Below are positions 50,814 to 64,000 of a stretch of 64,000 nt of DNA, piece by piece (the first letter of the stretch is position 1; each line of letters opens with the position of its first letter). The DNA is from Octopus vulgaris (Eukaryota), in the NCBI GenBank assembly GCA_951406725.2, contig OX597829.1, positions 52,266,001-52,330,000 on the forward strand, in the 5' to 3' direction. Made by a program: the position numbers and the translations under genes. The notes under the pieces were generated by a model. The model saw only the letters and a list, made by a program, of their open reading frames with translations, had not been told where the DNA came from and searched no databases.

Positions 50814-53800
50814 GTAAGTATTTTCTGTGCATATATATATATGTGTCTATATTTACACACACAACACATCACATATATATGTGTTGTGTGTGTAAAAAAA
50901 AAATTTATATAGATGTATGTATATAATATATATTTATATATATATATATACCCTCACTTAGGTGATCGTGTTTTACTAGTGTAATCGCATCGAAGTATCT
51001 TACCATATCTACACCCACCTCTCGTTAATTATATTGCAGTATTGCTTTACATTCAATATATGCTTTGATCACAGTCGCTTTCGTATTGTTACAATTATAT
51101 GTGGGGTTGTTTTTGAATAACAAATTGCAACCGCTACTCTGGTATATTCATGCTTCTCTAGTTTGACCTTCACTGTATGTTACATTCAAAGTATATATAT
51201 ATATATTATACATGATGGCATTTTTAATATTAAACCAACTTGTGTTTCGCTTTCTAGTTTTTTATTCACCTAAAAAAAAAAATATGTTGGTTCCATATCC
51301 ATATTTTCATAGTTTATAGTATATACACATTATATATCCTCGTCCTTGTAAATTGTGAGCAATCGTTCATTATGTTAGACACATCTTCAAGAAGATTCAC
51401 ATCGTTTCGCTTAATTTTCGGTATTTTCTCTTGTAGTAAACTGTTTATGTCGAGGCATTTTTACTTTTAAACCCTAACGCCTCTCAGAAGGGCTTTTGAC
51501 CCTTCAACCCCATTAAGATATGTTCGTTTTGTACTACACTATCCGATGTATCTTTACAGTTTTTTTTAGATCACCGGGTGTGATTTGAGAGATTTAGCTG
51601 TTATTTCTAAAATATTAAGTGACCATGTCAATACTCCCTCACTGGCGTGTGACATAAGCATTCTTTTGATATAATTCTGTGAGACTGGAAGGAATAATGA
51701 TGGGTTGATATACTACCCCAACTTTGTTTCTTTTATAACTTCATAATGCATGTTTTTAAATGGCATTTTGCAGAATTACGTTTTTGAGAGAGTAGAAGAC
51801 AATTATGTTAAAATTAAAGCAGAAGGATTCTTTAAAGGAGTTTCCTAAGGTTTTTCTTCTCGGGCTCCGACCTAGTTGCCACCAAATTTCCTGGCATTAG
51901 AATTTTTCACTACTTATATATATATATAAGTAACACAAGGACACTGAGATAGTGTTTAAAGTCCTTCTGGTGATATATATAAAGCTTTATGCATTAGAAA
52001 CAGCATTATGAAATCTACTCTTAAAAGATGTGTCTCTGCAAAATGTCATGTATAAAATATGTAGTTTTAACGATATTTACGAAGAAACAAAGACGAGAAG
52101 AGGGAGGAATGATTCGAAACTCATTCAAAAAAAGTAGAAAAAATCTTTTATGTTATCAACATAATCGTAATGTACACTTTCCAAGTGTATTGTAGAATTT
52201 CACTAAAAATTATGCATTTTCCAGAAAGTTATCAGGAAACAGCACGGTTGAGGAAACCAAGATATGGTTATATTAACTGTAAATTTGTGATTATTTAATT
52301 ATTTTCACTGTTTATAGTACGACACTAAAGATAATTGAAATAATTTAAAACACCTGTTTTACTTTTCTATAGTTTAATTAGGCTGTACGGATGTTGAAAG
52401 TTCAAGTAACTAGGGTTAGGGCAATGTTCGAATTAGTCCCAACTCTTTTCTGTTATTGAAGTTTTGGTGTGTTGGCAATAAATAAATAAATATGAAAAGC
52501 CGTTAAGCTAATAACCTTGACCTCTATGTAAACTTGAAGGGCGGAAACAGGAGACGGACGAAGTGGCGGTACCCTACAAGTTGTTGCTTAGTGTGTGATA
52601 TATATATATATATATAATGTTACTGCATATTGAATAGTGTATTTTCGGCTGATTTTCATTAATAATAAAAGTATGACTTGGATTTTTAAGTTGTAAGCTA
52701 CATGGTCTATCGCTCCTATCCCTTAGAATGAATACAGTGATATTATCACTGTATCCATGGATTAAACAAAATATAAAAAGATGGTATATAACGATCAAAT
52801 TAGCGTTAACAATCTGGGATCCATTGAAGCGGTTGTTATATTTCAAAAATATTGTCACCCTGAAATTTGAAGAAAGAAAAGATTTCGTAATTATTGTCCT
52901 TGGATAGGATTTTGGTAATTAATGTGAATTGCGAAACAGGCGGTTTATGAAGCGTTTGGGAACGTGGGTAAGAATAGGAGTTAGCAATAACTTTTACTTA
53001 ATTTGGAAGTTTTGGGGGAGATGCAAAAATTCGATCTTAGCCAAATAACTGTAGTTTAAGGCAGGTGATTTAAGTCCATTCACTTTATCCATTTAGTTTG
53101 TATGTATTTTTGTAAGCGTCATTAGTTACAGGCTTACATCGGACCAATCGTTGCCTTACAACAATATCTGATGGTGTGGTGCCACAGGGGTGTGTGTATG
53201 CGGCTAGGGTGGAACAAATAGCGCATAGGTACCAATCACTGTTTTTACTGGATTTCTCGCTCGTGGAAAGATTAATAACATCTTCAGTGATTTTTGCAAA
53301 CATGCAACGAAGTTGTAGTGATATATATAACATCTAACGCAATTAAATTTTGAGTTATTCGACTCGGCAGCGTGAGTAGTTAGATAACTTCAAATTTGCC
53401 AGATGTGATATTCAAATGATCAGGCGAGAGAGCTATGTAATAAGAAGTTTGCTTGGGCAAGTGTCTTAATATTGCTCCGAGCCTTGGGTGGATTTGGTAC
53501 CCGGGAACTCAAAGAAGCCCATCTATATTCCCGGGCCGACCAAATCCATGTGAGTGTATTTGGTAGACGGAAACTGAAAGAATATTTTCGCAGTTGTGCG
53601 TGTGTTTGCGTATTTGCTAATCCTCCACCACCGCTCGACAACCGGTATTGGTTTGTTTACATCCCTGTAGCAGCGGTTCGGCGAAAAGGGACCGAGAATA
53701 AGTATCAAGCTTTAAGATATGTCAAAACCTACTAGTCGGTGTCCCAGCACGGTTACAGTCCAATGACTAAAAGAAGTCAAAGATAAGACACGTGTTACGT

Positions 53801-54209
53801 CATTTCAAATTTCTTTCATTGTATTGGGACGAGACAGAATGAGTGGGAGTTACTGCAATTTTGATTTCTTACAAAATTCACTACCGTACAAAAAACTATA
53901 CCAACTAAGCAAAAGACCTTCTCTAAATGCATTAAAAACACCATAACATATTCAGAACCCTATTTCAGAAAATCATCACTGTTCTCTATGAGAATTAAAA
54001 GACAAATTTACTCATTTCGCTCTATCCTCCTTTACAAATCGTGTATTGACGGTTAAGTGGCTTCAACGTGTCACTTTCTAATCAGTAAACACGGAGATAG
54101 GAGAATCAATAATGAGATATTCACACGTACAATATCTAGTCATTCGGGTATACCATCTTCGGATGGCTGCTCAGACTGGGCAAGAAAGTTGGTATTCGAT
54201 CGTCTAGTG

Positions 54210-54361
54210 CAGTAGTTCCCAACTGTGGCCCGCAAAGGTAGTAGTACTGGGGTGAACTAAATTCAAAATTTCGCATAAGGATAAGCATATTAAAAGGGGT
54301 CCGTGGGAAAACTCATTTCAATAAAAGGGGTCATTGGTAGTGAAAAGGTTCGGAACAACTG
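54210..54361. mobile_element. hAT MITE
   Basis: TIR CAGTAGTTCCCAAC / GTTCGGAACAACTG with perfect 8-bp TSD GTCTAGTG; a related degenerate element lies at 55150-55329. Confidence 0.85.
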
Positions 54362-56649
54362 GTCTAGTGCACAGAAAGATTTTTCTTCCCATCACCTTCG
54401 ATATTTCAGACATTTTAATGCTATCAAAGGAAGATGGTCGGAGGGCAAAGGTAAAGAATACGCACACCACCCGTTTTCGGCGGTTGTGTAAATCATTTCA
54501 TTACTTTCGAGACTAGTTGTACGAGCATCCTCAGACGGGAACCTGACCCGAATACTTGCAGCAAAGTGAGACTTTTCTAAAGGTACCCGGTACTAGTAGC
54601 GCAAACCGGGACCAATCTACGATACTAGTACCAAGGTACCCAAGGACGAGGTCGTTGGTTGTATTATATGGGGTGATTGGTTAAGTGTGATTTTGATATA
54701 GCTTGGTTGCTATTTCTGTTAAGTCGATCGACCGCGAGGTTGCCCTGCAAGTGCAATTCAGCGTGTCACTGTTTCTAATGGGTAGGGCGATACTAATTAT
54801 GAAAAGCGTACAAGCCAGTTACCTCGCACCCCTCCACCTCAGAAGAAAAGTAAAATAGCAACCTTGGCCCATGCTCTTGCATAATAACATTGTATAAATA
54901 GACTGTTTTAAGGGAGGTAACTTGGAGATACAACTAAATGTAATCGTTTGATCTGCTAGAAATAACAGCCAAATCTCATTCAACAGCTTTAAGAAGCCGA
55001 CCAACACCATAGATAATATCCTCTACATCCATAGTCATATCCTCCCCCTCCAAAAAAAAAATCTGTAAGGCTATGGCTGAAATGCTTTACATATATAAGC
55101 CCTCTTGTTCTTAGCTGATTTGGAATTAACAAACTATCGCAGTCTACATCAGCAGTTTGCAACCGAGGTCCACATAAGATTTTGTTAAACTTCAAATGCA
55201 ATAAATCTAGAATACACAGAATATTTTAACAATTTTTTCTTTATACAACTTCTATTAATATTTAATCGAACGGCTAGGAGGGTCCATCCGAGTTTAAAAA
55301 AAAAAAAACAAAAAGGTTGAGAGACACTGTTCTACTCGATCGCTCGACTTGCTGGAAATAAGTCAAATTGCCCTCAAATCTTAAAGGATACAGTGGACAA
55401 TGTAATCCTTGTTAAGGATCGCGAAGGCTAATTAATGTATTTGATCAGATATGACATGGTGCTAGATAATAAAAATAAATTTTAAAATTATTTTAAAGCT
55501 CTTTCGATTTAGTCGTCAGAAGAGAAAAAGCATGTTAAGAGTATAAAAGTTATATTCAGCAAACGGATAGGTGTCCTTCATCAAATATAATTTTTAGCTG
55601 TTACTTCAGTCAGTTGTTTTTCTATTACATGTTTTAACGAAGGTGGCGAGCTGGCAGAATCGTTAGCACGTCGGGCGAAATGCCGAGTGGTATTTCGTCT
55701 GCCGTTACGTTGTGAGTTCAATTTCCGCTGAGGTCGACTTTGCCTTTCATCCTTTCAGGGTCGATAAATTAAGTACCAGTTACGCACTGAGGTCGATATA
55801 ATCGACTTGATCCGTCTGTCTGTCCTTGTTTGTCTACTCTGTGTTTAACCCTTTGTGGGTAGTAAAGAAATAAGTATTTCGTCTGTCTTTATGTCTTTCA
55901 TTCTTTTGGAGTCGATAAATTAAATACCAGTTGCTTACTGGGGTCGATCTAATCGACTGGCCCCCTCCCCCAAAATTTTGGGCCTTGTGCCTAGAGTACG
56001 AAAGATTATATATTTAAACGCTTTTGTTACCATATTTCTGTTGAGATGTACTGTGTTTCTTTCAATTAATTTTAAATATAAAAAAGAATTTAGTAAAATA
56101 ACTTGTCATTCAGCTAGTGTTGGGAACATAAATTGTGACTAAGGTTTGGTGGAAGATTTTAATTCAGAACTTTTGATAACAAGACATTTGTACTACAGAG
56201 CCAGAGGTAGTTTCAGGAAATTTATTGTATGTTCCATCTACATAATATTTCTATGTGTTGATTTTCAATATGTTTCTATAAACTGTATTGGTCTGACTTG
56301 TATTTCTTTTGATCAGTGTGTAGACTTTTTGCAAGTTTTTTTTTTTAACCTATAGGTGAATTGAATCTATTAAAAAATTATGATAGTTCGTTAGCAAAAT
56401 TCTTGATGTGAACTTGTGCTGAAATGGATTGTGTTGTGTCTCAGTAGGGTCATTATGCCAGTAATAAACACATGCATCAGTTACATATACCACAAGGCAA
56501 TGTTTCGTTTTTGGTCTCAATCTTGCCAATTTTTCTAGCTGATTGTTCAGCAATTTCCAAAGAGAATTTTTATTTATTAGCTCCGCCTTTGCGAAGGTGG
56601 AACTGAAAAGTCAATGTGGGTTTGGTTGAAGAGCAAAGTGTCTGTCTTC

Positions 56650-58160
56650 AGTCCTTTCAACCTCATCCACCACACTACCTCTTTTGCTATAGCCACCAGA
56701 CAGAGGAAAACTGTCTTCCCTTTCCAGTTAAAAGGAGGTGGTGGGGGAGATTTCCATGATGGACTTGGCTGATAACTGGATCTGTCCTACACATGTCAAC
56801 AGCTGTTCAATAAAGCTCCATAAGTTAGCAATGTTTGGACACTGGACAAGTGCTTACAGAACAGTTTCATTGCCCTTGATCCATCTGACTGCACTTACAT
56901 ACCTGCAGAGCTTGTCTCAAACTGGCAGAGTTCCCCAGTAACACTGCCAGGCCAGGGATTTCTGAAAATCATCTATAGACCTTGTTTCAAATTTCCTCTG
57001 GAAAAGACTTGTTAATTGATCCCTCCCGGTGCCCAGAGTTTTCCCCAAGGATATCATCACTCTTGTCTGTCACTAATCCACTATAGAACTCCAATGTGGA
57101 GCTTCCACTGACTGTATTGTCTAACTGGCAGAGAGCTGTGAACGCTTGCCGACACCCCAGATACCAAGTACACCTTCTCAGTCTACACTTGATCCAGGAC
57201 TGTAATTTTGTCAATGAGATGAGCTGCTGAAAATCCTGTCTGACAAACAGTGAACACACCTGCTCACCACCAAGGAAGCACTGGAGATGTTGCAGCCTCA
57301 GTGCATGTCTGAATTCTCAGTCACCTGCTCAGTGACTGCTAACAGCAGATGGATCGGCTGATGAGCAGAACACATCCCTTCCACAGAAAGTGAATGAGCA
57401 AGCACTCCAGTTTGATCAACCATGAAGCAGGGTGGGGGATGGTGGTCAGGCAGTAGTAGACGACTAAAGCAATGTATGCATTCACCACCTCTGCCCATTT
57501 CTGGTTGAGACGGGCCATCCTTCCCATCACCCCCTCCTCAGTTTTTGTTCACCTGGAGGACTGGATCAAACCAGACCCTGGACCACTTAATCCTTTTACC
57601 ATGGACCTGTCTCTCCAGGTGCCAAATTGTGGGCCCACCAACTACAGATTAATCTTTGTTTCTGTCACTGTTTTGTACTCCCTTACGTTAGTGCCGATCA
57701 CCTTGATTTCCAAGATATCCAACACTATTATGGTGATGTCCACATAAGCCTACACAAACATGCTGTATCCTAGTTCATGTGAGATGCCCCTTGAAACATT
57801 CAACTTCTGTAGCAATGACTCCATAGCCAGCGCATACAGAAGGGGTGAGAGTGGGCATCCTTGATGGAGTGAGTATGTGATGCTAAATAATTCCGATAGG
57901 TGGCCATTTATCTTGACCCCTATACGGATGTCGCTGTACATTGCAGTGATCCAGCATCTGAAAATGGGACTGAAACTGGCTGCTGCAAGGACAGCCTCCA
58001 AGTATTGGTGGTTGACTCAATCAAAAGCTTGATCAGGGCCCTGCCCATGCCAGGTTTCTTGCTGACCCTCTCAATAAATGCAACGTGTGAGGTGTAGATC
58101 GTTGTGGATAAACCTGTCTGGGATGGTGCATATCTGTTTTGTCACCGACCCAGTAATCTT
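56650..58160 (-). mobile_element. Tx1/L1-clade LINE ORF2 relic
   Basis: WITAMYSDI..VKINGHLSELF..LHQGCPLSPLLYALAMESLLQKL and KWAEVVNAYIA..FLWKG segments, with many stops. Confidence 0.8.
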
Positions 58161-59905
58161 GATCCGTGGTGCACAACTTTATTTTCTTGAGGGTTGATGT
58201 GTAAAGTAAGATGAGGTTAACTAATGTAAGACTTCAAAGATTTCTTTGTATATCTAGCTTCTAGTATCGATTATTTCTCATGTACGAGATTTTTGTTACA
58301 ACTACTGAACTGTAGAAATTGCTTCTGATGCAGCAGAAATACTTATTTGGCAATGCCACCACTGCTGCTGCTGGACAATTTTTGTCTGCTGCTGATAAAT
58401 TTCTCTGTTTTTTAACACTATATGTCAAGAAAAAATGAATACTGTAAGCTTTCAGCGATGTGTCTGCTTTAAGTATTATACTCAGATTACTATTTTGAAT
58501 ACTGCTTTTGTCGTTCATAACGAATATAACAATGTCCTTGTTAATGTATATTTGTTTTGTCTTTTTTAATTTTTCCTTATATTATTTTCTATGATCACCT
58601 GTTTTATTTGAATCTATTCTCTAATTCATTTTTCTATTATTATATTTTGTGAATGAGTAATGGGTGTTGAGTGGAGGGAAAATCATGCGTGTCTGTATGT
58701 GTGTTTGTGTGTATCTATGTATAGTGTGTGTCTAGTGTTACGATCAGGCAAATTCTTAGGTATAAAAAAAAGGGGTGAACTTCCGAACGCAACAACGAAA
58801 TTGTAAAATCAGTGATGAAATTGTAACAATCAAGGATGAAATTGTAACAAAAACGTAATTTTATATAAGTCAAATTAAAAGATATATTTGATAAATTTAG
58901 CGATCCATTTGCAAATAAATATCCAAAGAATTTAATGTCCAGTTTTTTGATTGTTCAAAGATATGTTGTAAACGGTCCGATCGATCCGTGTCCAGCTCTC
59001 TCTCTTTTTTTTCTCTCTCTCTCTTTTCTATCAACGCCAATCCGTTAAAAAGAGAACAGTTGTCTTGGCAACAGTTGCCTAGGCAACGTCATTTCAACTG
59101 TCATCGCAAAACGCATTTTGAAACTTCAGTCAGAAAACATTCCAAGTTATCTCCCTTCGTTATATTTTTCTCATTACTTGCACTGATTACACACAACACT
59201 AGGAAATTACTATTCCTTTTCTTTTGAGCACTTCATCTTACTTTCGCAATAATGTTTCTTTTCCAGAGAATTGGGTTAACAATGTACAATGTCTCAATTA
59301 TCCTGTTGAATCTCATAGAAGCTGCATTTCGTGTCTGTTTTATTGCCTTTGTTGCTTTTATAGCTTAAGATGTCATGTTTTTGTGTCTTGAAGTCCTTCA
59401 GTGTAGAATATCTGTTTCATGAAAGTTTATTGATGCTCTTTGTCATATTACCAGTCTGACCTTGGCTTGTTTGCCATTGTACAGTTTATTGCTCAACTTT
59501 TAGGAAATCTCTTTGAATCAAATTTTAACAGTAATATTGGCTTTGCTTTTATGATACCAATAAATTCCATATATACACTATCATTTTTGTATTCATGGCA
59601 AACTAGTAGAATCATTAGCACACTAGAGAAAATGCTTCGTGCTATTTCTTCCGGCCCTTTACATTCTGAGTTCAAACCTTGCTGAAGTTGACTTTGCCTT
59701 TCGGAGGTCAGTAAAATAAAGTACTAGTCAAGTACTGAGGATTGATGGTATCAATCTGTCCCCTGCCCCTAAAATTGGTGGCCTTGAACCCTGCAACAGA
59801 CCATATCTCTTTCATGGGGCTGTCTTGATCTTTGGTTGCCTATATGCTTTGGAAACTGGATAGGTAGTCTTATGAGTCTCAGGGCTCAAGAAAAAATATA
59901 AATAT

Positions 59906-60330
59906 GGCCTCATGGAGGCAAAGTGGCTTAGTTCCTTTTGAGCACTGGGCCTCATGGAGGCAAAGTGGCTGAGGTCCTTTTGAGCACTGAGCCTCACAGA
60001 GGCAAAGTGGCTTGAATTCCTTTTGAGCACTGGGCCTCATGGAGGCAAAGTGGCTGAGGTCCTTTTGAGCATTGGGCCTCACGGAGGCAATGACTAAGAC
60101 CTTTTGTATTATGTTGTGCTTGAGAAGAAGACCCATCAAGCAGAGCAAAATCGCAGTCGTAGCAGATATTAGTGTCACTGGAGTGGTTGGCATTAGGAAG
60201 GGCATCTAGCCATAGAAAACCTTGCCAAATTAGACTGGAGTCTGGTGCAACCTCCCAGCTTACCAGCCTTGGTCAAACCATCCAACACATGCCAGCATGA
60301 ACAATAGATATTAAATGACGATGATGATGT
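59906..60330 (+). repeat. ~42-bp tandem repeat (about 4.5 copies) fused to an RTE LINE 3' end
   Basis: Unit ggcctcatggaggcaaagtggctgaggtccttttgagcactg runs into GLTEAMT...VLEK and the (GAT)n-tailed 3' UTR. Confidence 0.8.
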
Positions 60331-63120
60331 ATTCTGATTAAGTTAGGCAAATGGATGCTTTCACCTGCTGCTGAGACAGCTCTACTTTTTTTTAGCACTG
60401 TACGTCTGTTGAGATGCTTTCTCAAGATGAATACTACAGTATTATAGTGTTCTTACATTATATCCAGTTAAGATATCCAAATTACCATTCATAAAAGTTT
60501 TTATTATTTGTTTTTTAAATGTATTTTCTAGTAATATTTTAAAAATTGGTTCAAGGAAGATATGTATTGTTCAAGACCTTTGCAACCCTCACCCCACCCC
60601 CAAATTTATGTAGCCAGTGTTCACTTTGACCATCATCATCATCATTCTCGTTTAACATCTGTTGTCCATGCCAGCATGGGTTGGATAGTTTGACTCGGGC
60701 TGTTAAGCTGAGGGGCTGTACCAGACTCAAGTCTGATTTGGCGTAAAGGAGAAATGTAAGTGGGGAAAGAAACCAGGGTTCTGTGTCAGATGCTTGCAGT
60801 ATAGTGGTCTAAAGTCAATCAAAGAACAGGTCGTGATGGTGGTAGTGGTGGTGGTGTTATGAATTCAGCAGTGTGTTAGACCTATTATCCACTTGTTAAT
60901 TCATTGCCTCTTGACCTTTGGCATTCAGATTACTCTGGCAAATGTAATGCTTATTTATTCAAATTGATTTGAATTAATCATGCATTATCTTGCAGCTTCA
61001 AGGTTTCAATGACATTGTAGGATAGCTGTGAGAGGCTGGATTTAGCCAGTTTGAACATAAAACAAGCAGAATATTTTGGGCTGGATGTGGCTGGTTTAAA
61101 TGCTAGACATATTGGACTGTCTATAGCTACATTCCCTTCTTTCTTGTTTGGTTCTTTTGTATGATTTTGCTATGGAATAGTGATATTCTAATTTTTAGAA
61201 AATGCTTTGTTTTGTTGTTGGTGTCATTTGAAAAATCGATGCTTGAGTCATATAAAACTAAATCATCATCATCATCATCCGTCAAATGTCCATTTAACCA
61301 TGCTGGCATGGGTTGAACAGTTTGACAGAAGCTGACCAGCTGAAGAGTTGTTTCAGCTCCATGTCTGTTTTGGCATGGTTTCTATAGCTGGATGCCCTTC
61401 CTAATGCCAACCACTTTACAGAGTGTACGGGGTGCACCAGCATTAGTGCTTTTTAATTTGACACCAGCACTTATGAGCTCGCAAGGTTCTTAGAGATACT
61501 CAGCTGGAGAGGGTTGCAAGGGCAACCACACTTTCTTAGCTTGATGTGCAAACTGCCAGGAGTCTTAATCCCCTGTCATCCCCTTTATAAGTCCCAACAT
61601 CTGTAGATCCTTTCTCACCACTTCATCCTCATTTTCTTATTTTAATCCACAAGTAATTTTTTTTTGTTCATAGATATTGAACCTTTTTCTGTGAAACTTA
61701 TTCTGCTAGTCGGATTATATTTAGCTTGTAACTTTGCTCTACATTCTCTCTTCTGTCTTTTGTATTTCTCCTCATTAGGGCATTCCTCTGAATATTTTGC
61801 TGCCGAGATGAGCTGTAGTGTTGTTATACAGTTCTGACATTTGCAAAATATACAGCTGAATTTACTGGTTGCTTGTGAAAATATTCTCCATTGTTGAATT
61901 GTAGATTTAAAGTATCTGTTTGGCTTATAGCCAACAGTCCTCTTTTACTACAGTTAGAAATACTTTTATACTCCTCATTAATTACCTATTACACATCATT
62001 GATAAAGCCAAGCAGTCTTGCTCTGATAGTCACTTATTAATAAGTAACTATATACAAAATGCTTTCAATGCTTAGAATGCTACATAGTAGTGGTAACTTC
62101 TATTATTTTTGATGATGCAAGACAAAAACCATTAACATGGTGGAATGTTTGAACTGGTGTTATATATTTTATTGAGGAAAATCATAATTCACAGATGTCA
62201 AAACACTTAAAATTTTTCAAATATCTTAATATTTGACTGAGATATGCCATTTTTTTTGGATAAACTGACATGACCCAGAAAATAAAACTTTTTGAGAAAA
62301 CAGTTTTTTGAAGTTGAGACATATCTGAGAACTGAAAGCTTTTCATAACTTTAGCTTTTTGTCATTCATAAAATGTGTAGGCCTCCTGGTATTCGAGCTG
62401 CAGTCATTTGTCACAACTTGTATGGAAAAACATCCAGTATTGACTTTGACGCACTAATTAATGTTGCTTATTAATTAGTGTGACTTTGATATGAATAGTG
62501 ATGTAATAGTTTCAATTGTAGTAGAAGTAGTAGTTTATCACAATAGTACAGAGATTAGCTACTAGATTATTGATTTTATAAGGAATTGGCTCTTCCTTAA
62601 TCATGTATGCAGAGAGGAATGGCATTAACATACTTGATGTGAGGCATTGCATAGATAATACACTCTGTAAGAAATATGATATGCATAAATAAGCAATTAC
62701 ATATTCAAGTTGCTGTGAGAGATGGTGGAGCAAACACAGCTGGAAGAGATTAGAGTTATAGATAGAAATGTTAGCCAGAAAATATTGCTTGAAATACTGC
62801 AATGTAAACATGTAACTATTATTAGCATGAATAAGTTTGGTCACTAATCATCACCACCACCACCACTGTTTAGCATTCCTTTTTCCATGTTGGCATGGGT
62901 TGGACTGTTCAACATGAACCACTGAGCCAGAGGACAGTGCCAAGTTCTAATACCTGCCTTAGCATGTTTTTTTTTTACAATTGGATGCTCTTCCCGATGC
63001 CAACTGTACTGGCTGCATTTTTTCTTGTGGTATCAGTTCTTATGAGGTCACCAAGTAGCCACGAGAGAAGCCTCCACCGAGTGGGGTACATCTTATTGAT
63101 GGATAAGAAACAACAGGAAA

Positions 63121-63675
63121 AGGTGAATTGGTTGGTTGAAGAAAATAAACCATTCTACCCATGTTAGTGTGATTAAAAACAGGTAATGTTATGAGAAAAA
63201 TATGTAATAATGAAAGTCAGAATGGTGATGTGCTGTACTTGAGAAGACCCATCCATCTCAACACAATTGAGGCTCCGTCAAGCCTTCTTCCACAACTCAT
63301 CTTCTAGCTAGAGAGAGAGAGATAAGAGTTTGAGTACAAGATGAATATGAGAGACAGAACAGGATGGAGATCACTGGAGTGGGAGTAGAGTGAAAGATTG
63401 TTAGAGACAGGAAATGAGTTGGACTAAGTGGGGTGGGTGGGGGAATGAAGGAAATAGGGTACCACAAGAGATTGATGGAAGAATGGGTGTTAGAAGATGA
63501 GTTGTGGAAGAAGGCTTGATGGAGCCTCAATTGTGTTGAGATGGATGGGTCTTCTCAAGTACAGCACATCACCATTCTGACTTTCATTATTATATATTTT
63601 TCTCATAACATTACCTGTTTTTAATCACACTTACATGGGTAGAATGGTTTATTTTCTTCAACCAACCAATCACCC
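63121..63675. repeat. Long near-perfect inverted repeat
   Basis: Arms 63121-63306 and 63491-63675 (~185 bp; three substitutions and one indel counted by eye) around a ~184-bp purine-rich spacer. Confidence 0.95.
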
Positions 63676-64000
63676 TTCAAATTGGAGTTTTTTTGTTTGC
63701 TTTGTGGAAGCAATGTTAATAATCTTTAGTCTGCAAAAGCACAATCATACACACACACACACATACGATGGGCTTTCAGTTTCCGTCTACCAAATCCACT
63801 CACAAGGGTTTGGTTGGTCTGAGGCTATAATTGAAGACACTTGCCCAAGGTGGCATGCAGTGGGACTGAACCCAGAACCATGTGGCTAGGATGCTAGCTT
63901 CTTACCATATATATATATATATTGTTATACTTGGGGATGGTCATATTTTACCAGTTAAACACATGCACTATTAATATTTGGTCTTCATTTCAGCTTTATT

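Noticed and set aside
56340-61860. Several + strand acceptor-like sites (~56355, ~59267, ~61673) as exon 2 of the ATG-only gene
   Set aside because: In frame with the ATG they hit stop codons quickly, lack convincing donors and give no recognisable protein.

Overview
Eukaryotic, AT-rich, repeat-dense DNA. The SINE families and microsatellite load suggest an octopus (coleoid cephalopod) genome, which is an inference. Only one protein-coding segment is securely recognisable: the last coding exon of BCKDK (branched-chain alpha-ketoacid dehydrogenase kinase, + strand, 114-258). A visibly CpG-richer zone (~43-55.7 kb) seems to hold two divergent gene starts. One is a + strand first exon ending in ATG|GTAAGT (50811-50813). 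The other is a candidate - strand multi-exon transcript with splice-site-bounded exons from ~45.6 kb down to ~8.9 kb; its product is unrecognised and the model is tentative. The rest is mobile DNA: at least four tRNA-head SINE families; RTE, Tx1/L1 and CR1/Jockey-like LINE relics; three Tc1/mariner transposase relics; hAT, piggyBac-like, pogo-like and Merlin-like MITEs; Helitron/Helentron elements; and micro- and minisatellites. The most interesting signals are six hammerhead-ribozyme-like motifs in Penelope-like fragments (two with a compensatory U3-A8 core) and several long fold-back structures that could be dsRNA/ADAR or small-RNA substrates. No prokaryote-type system, CRISPR array, rRNA or intact tRNA gene was seen. 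All calls were made by eye and repeat boundaries are approximate.
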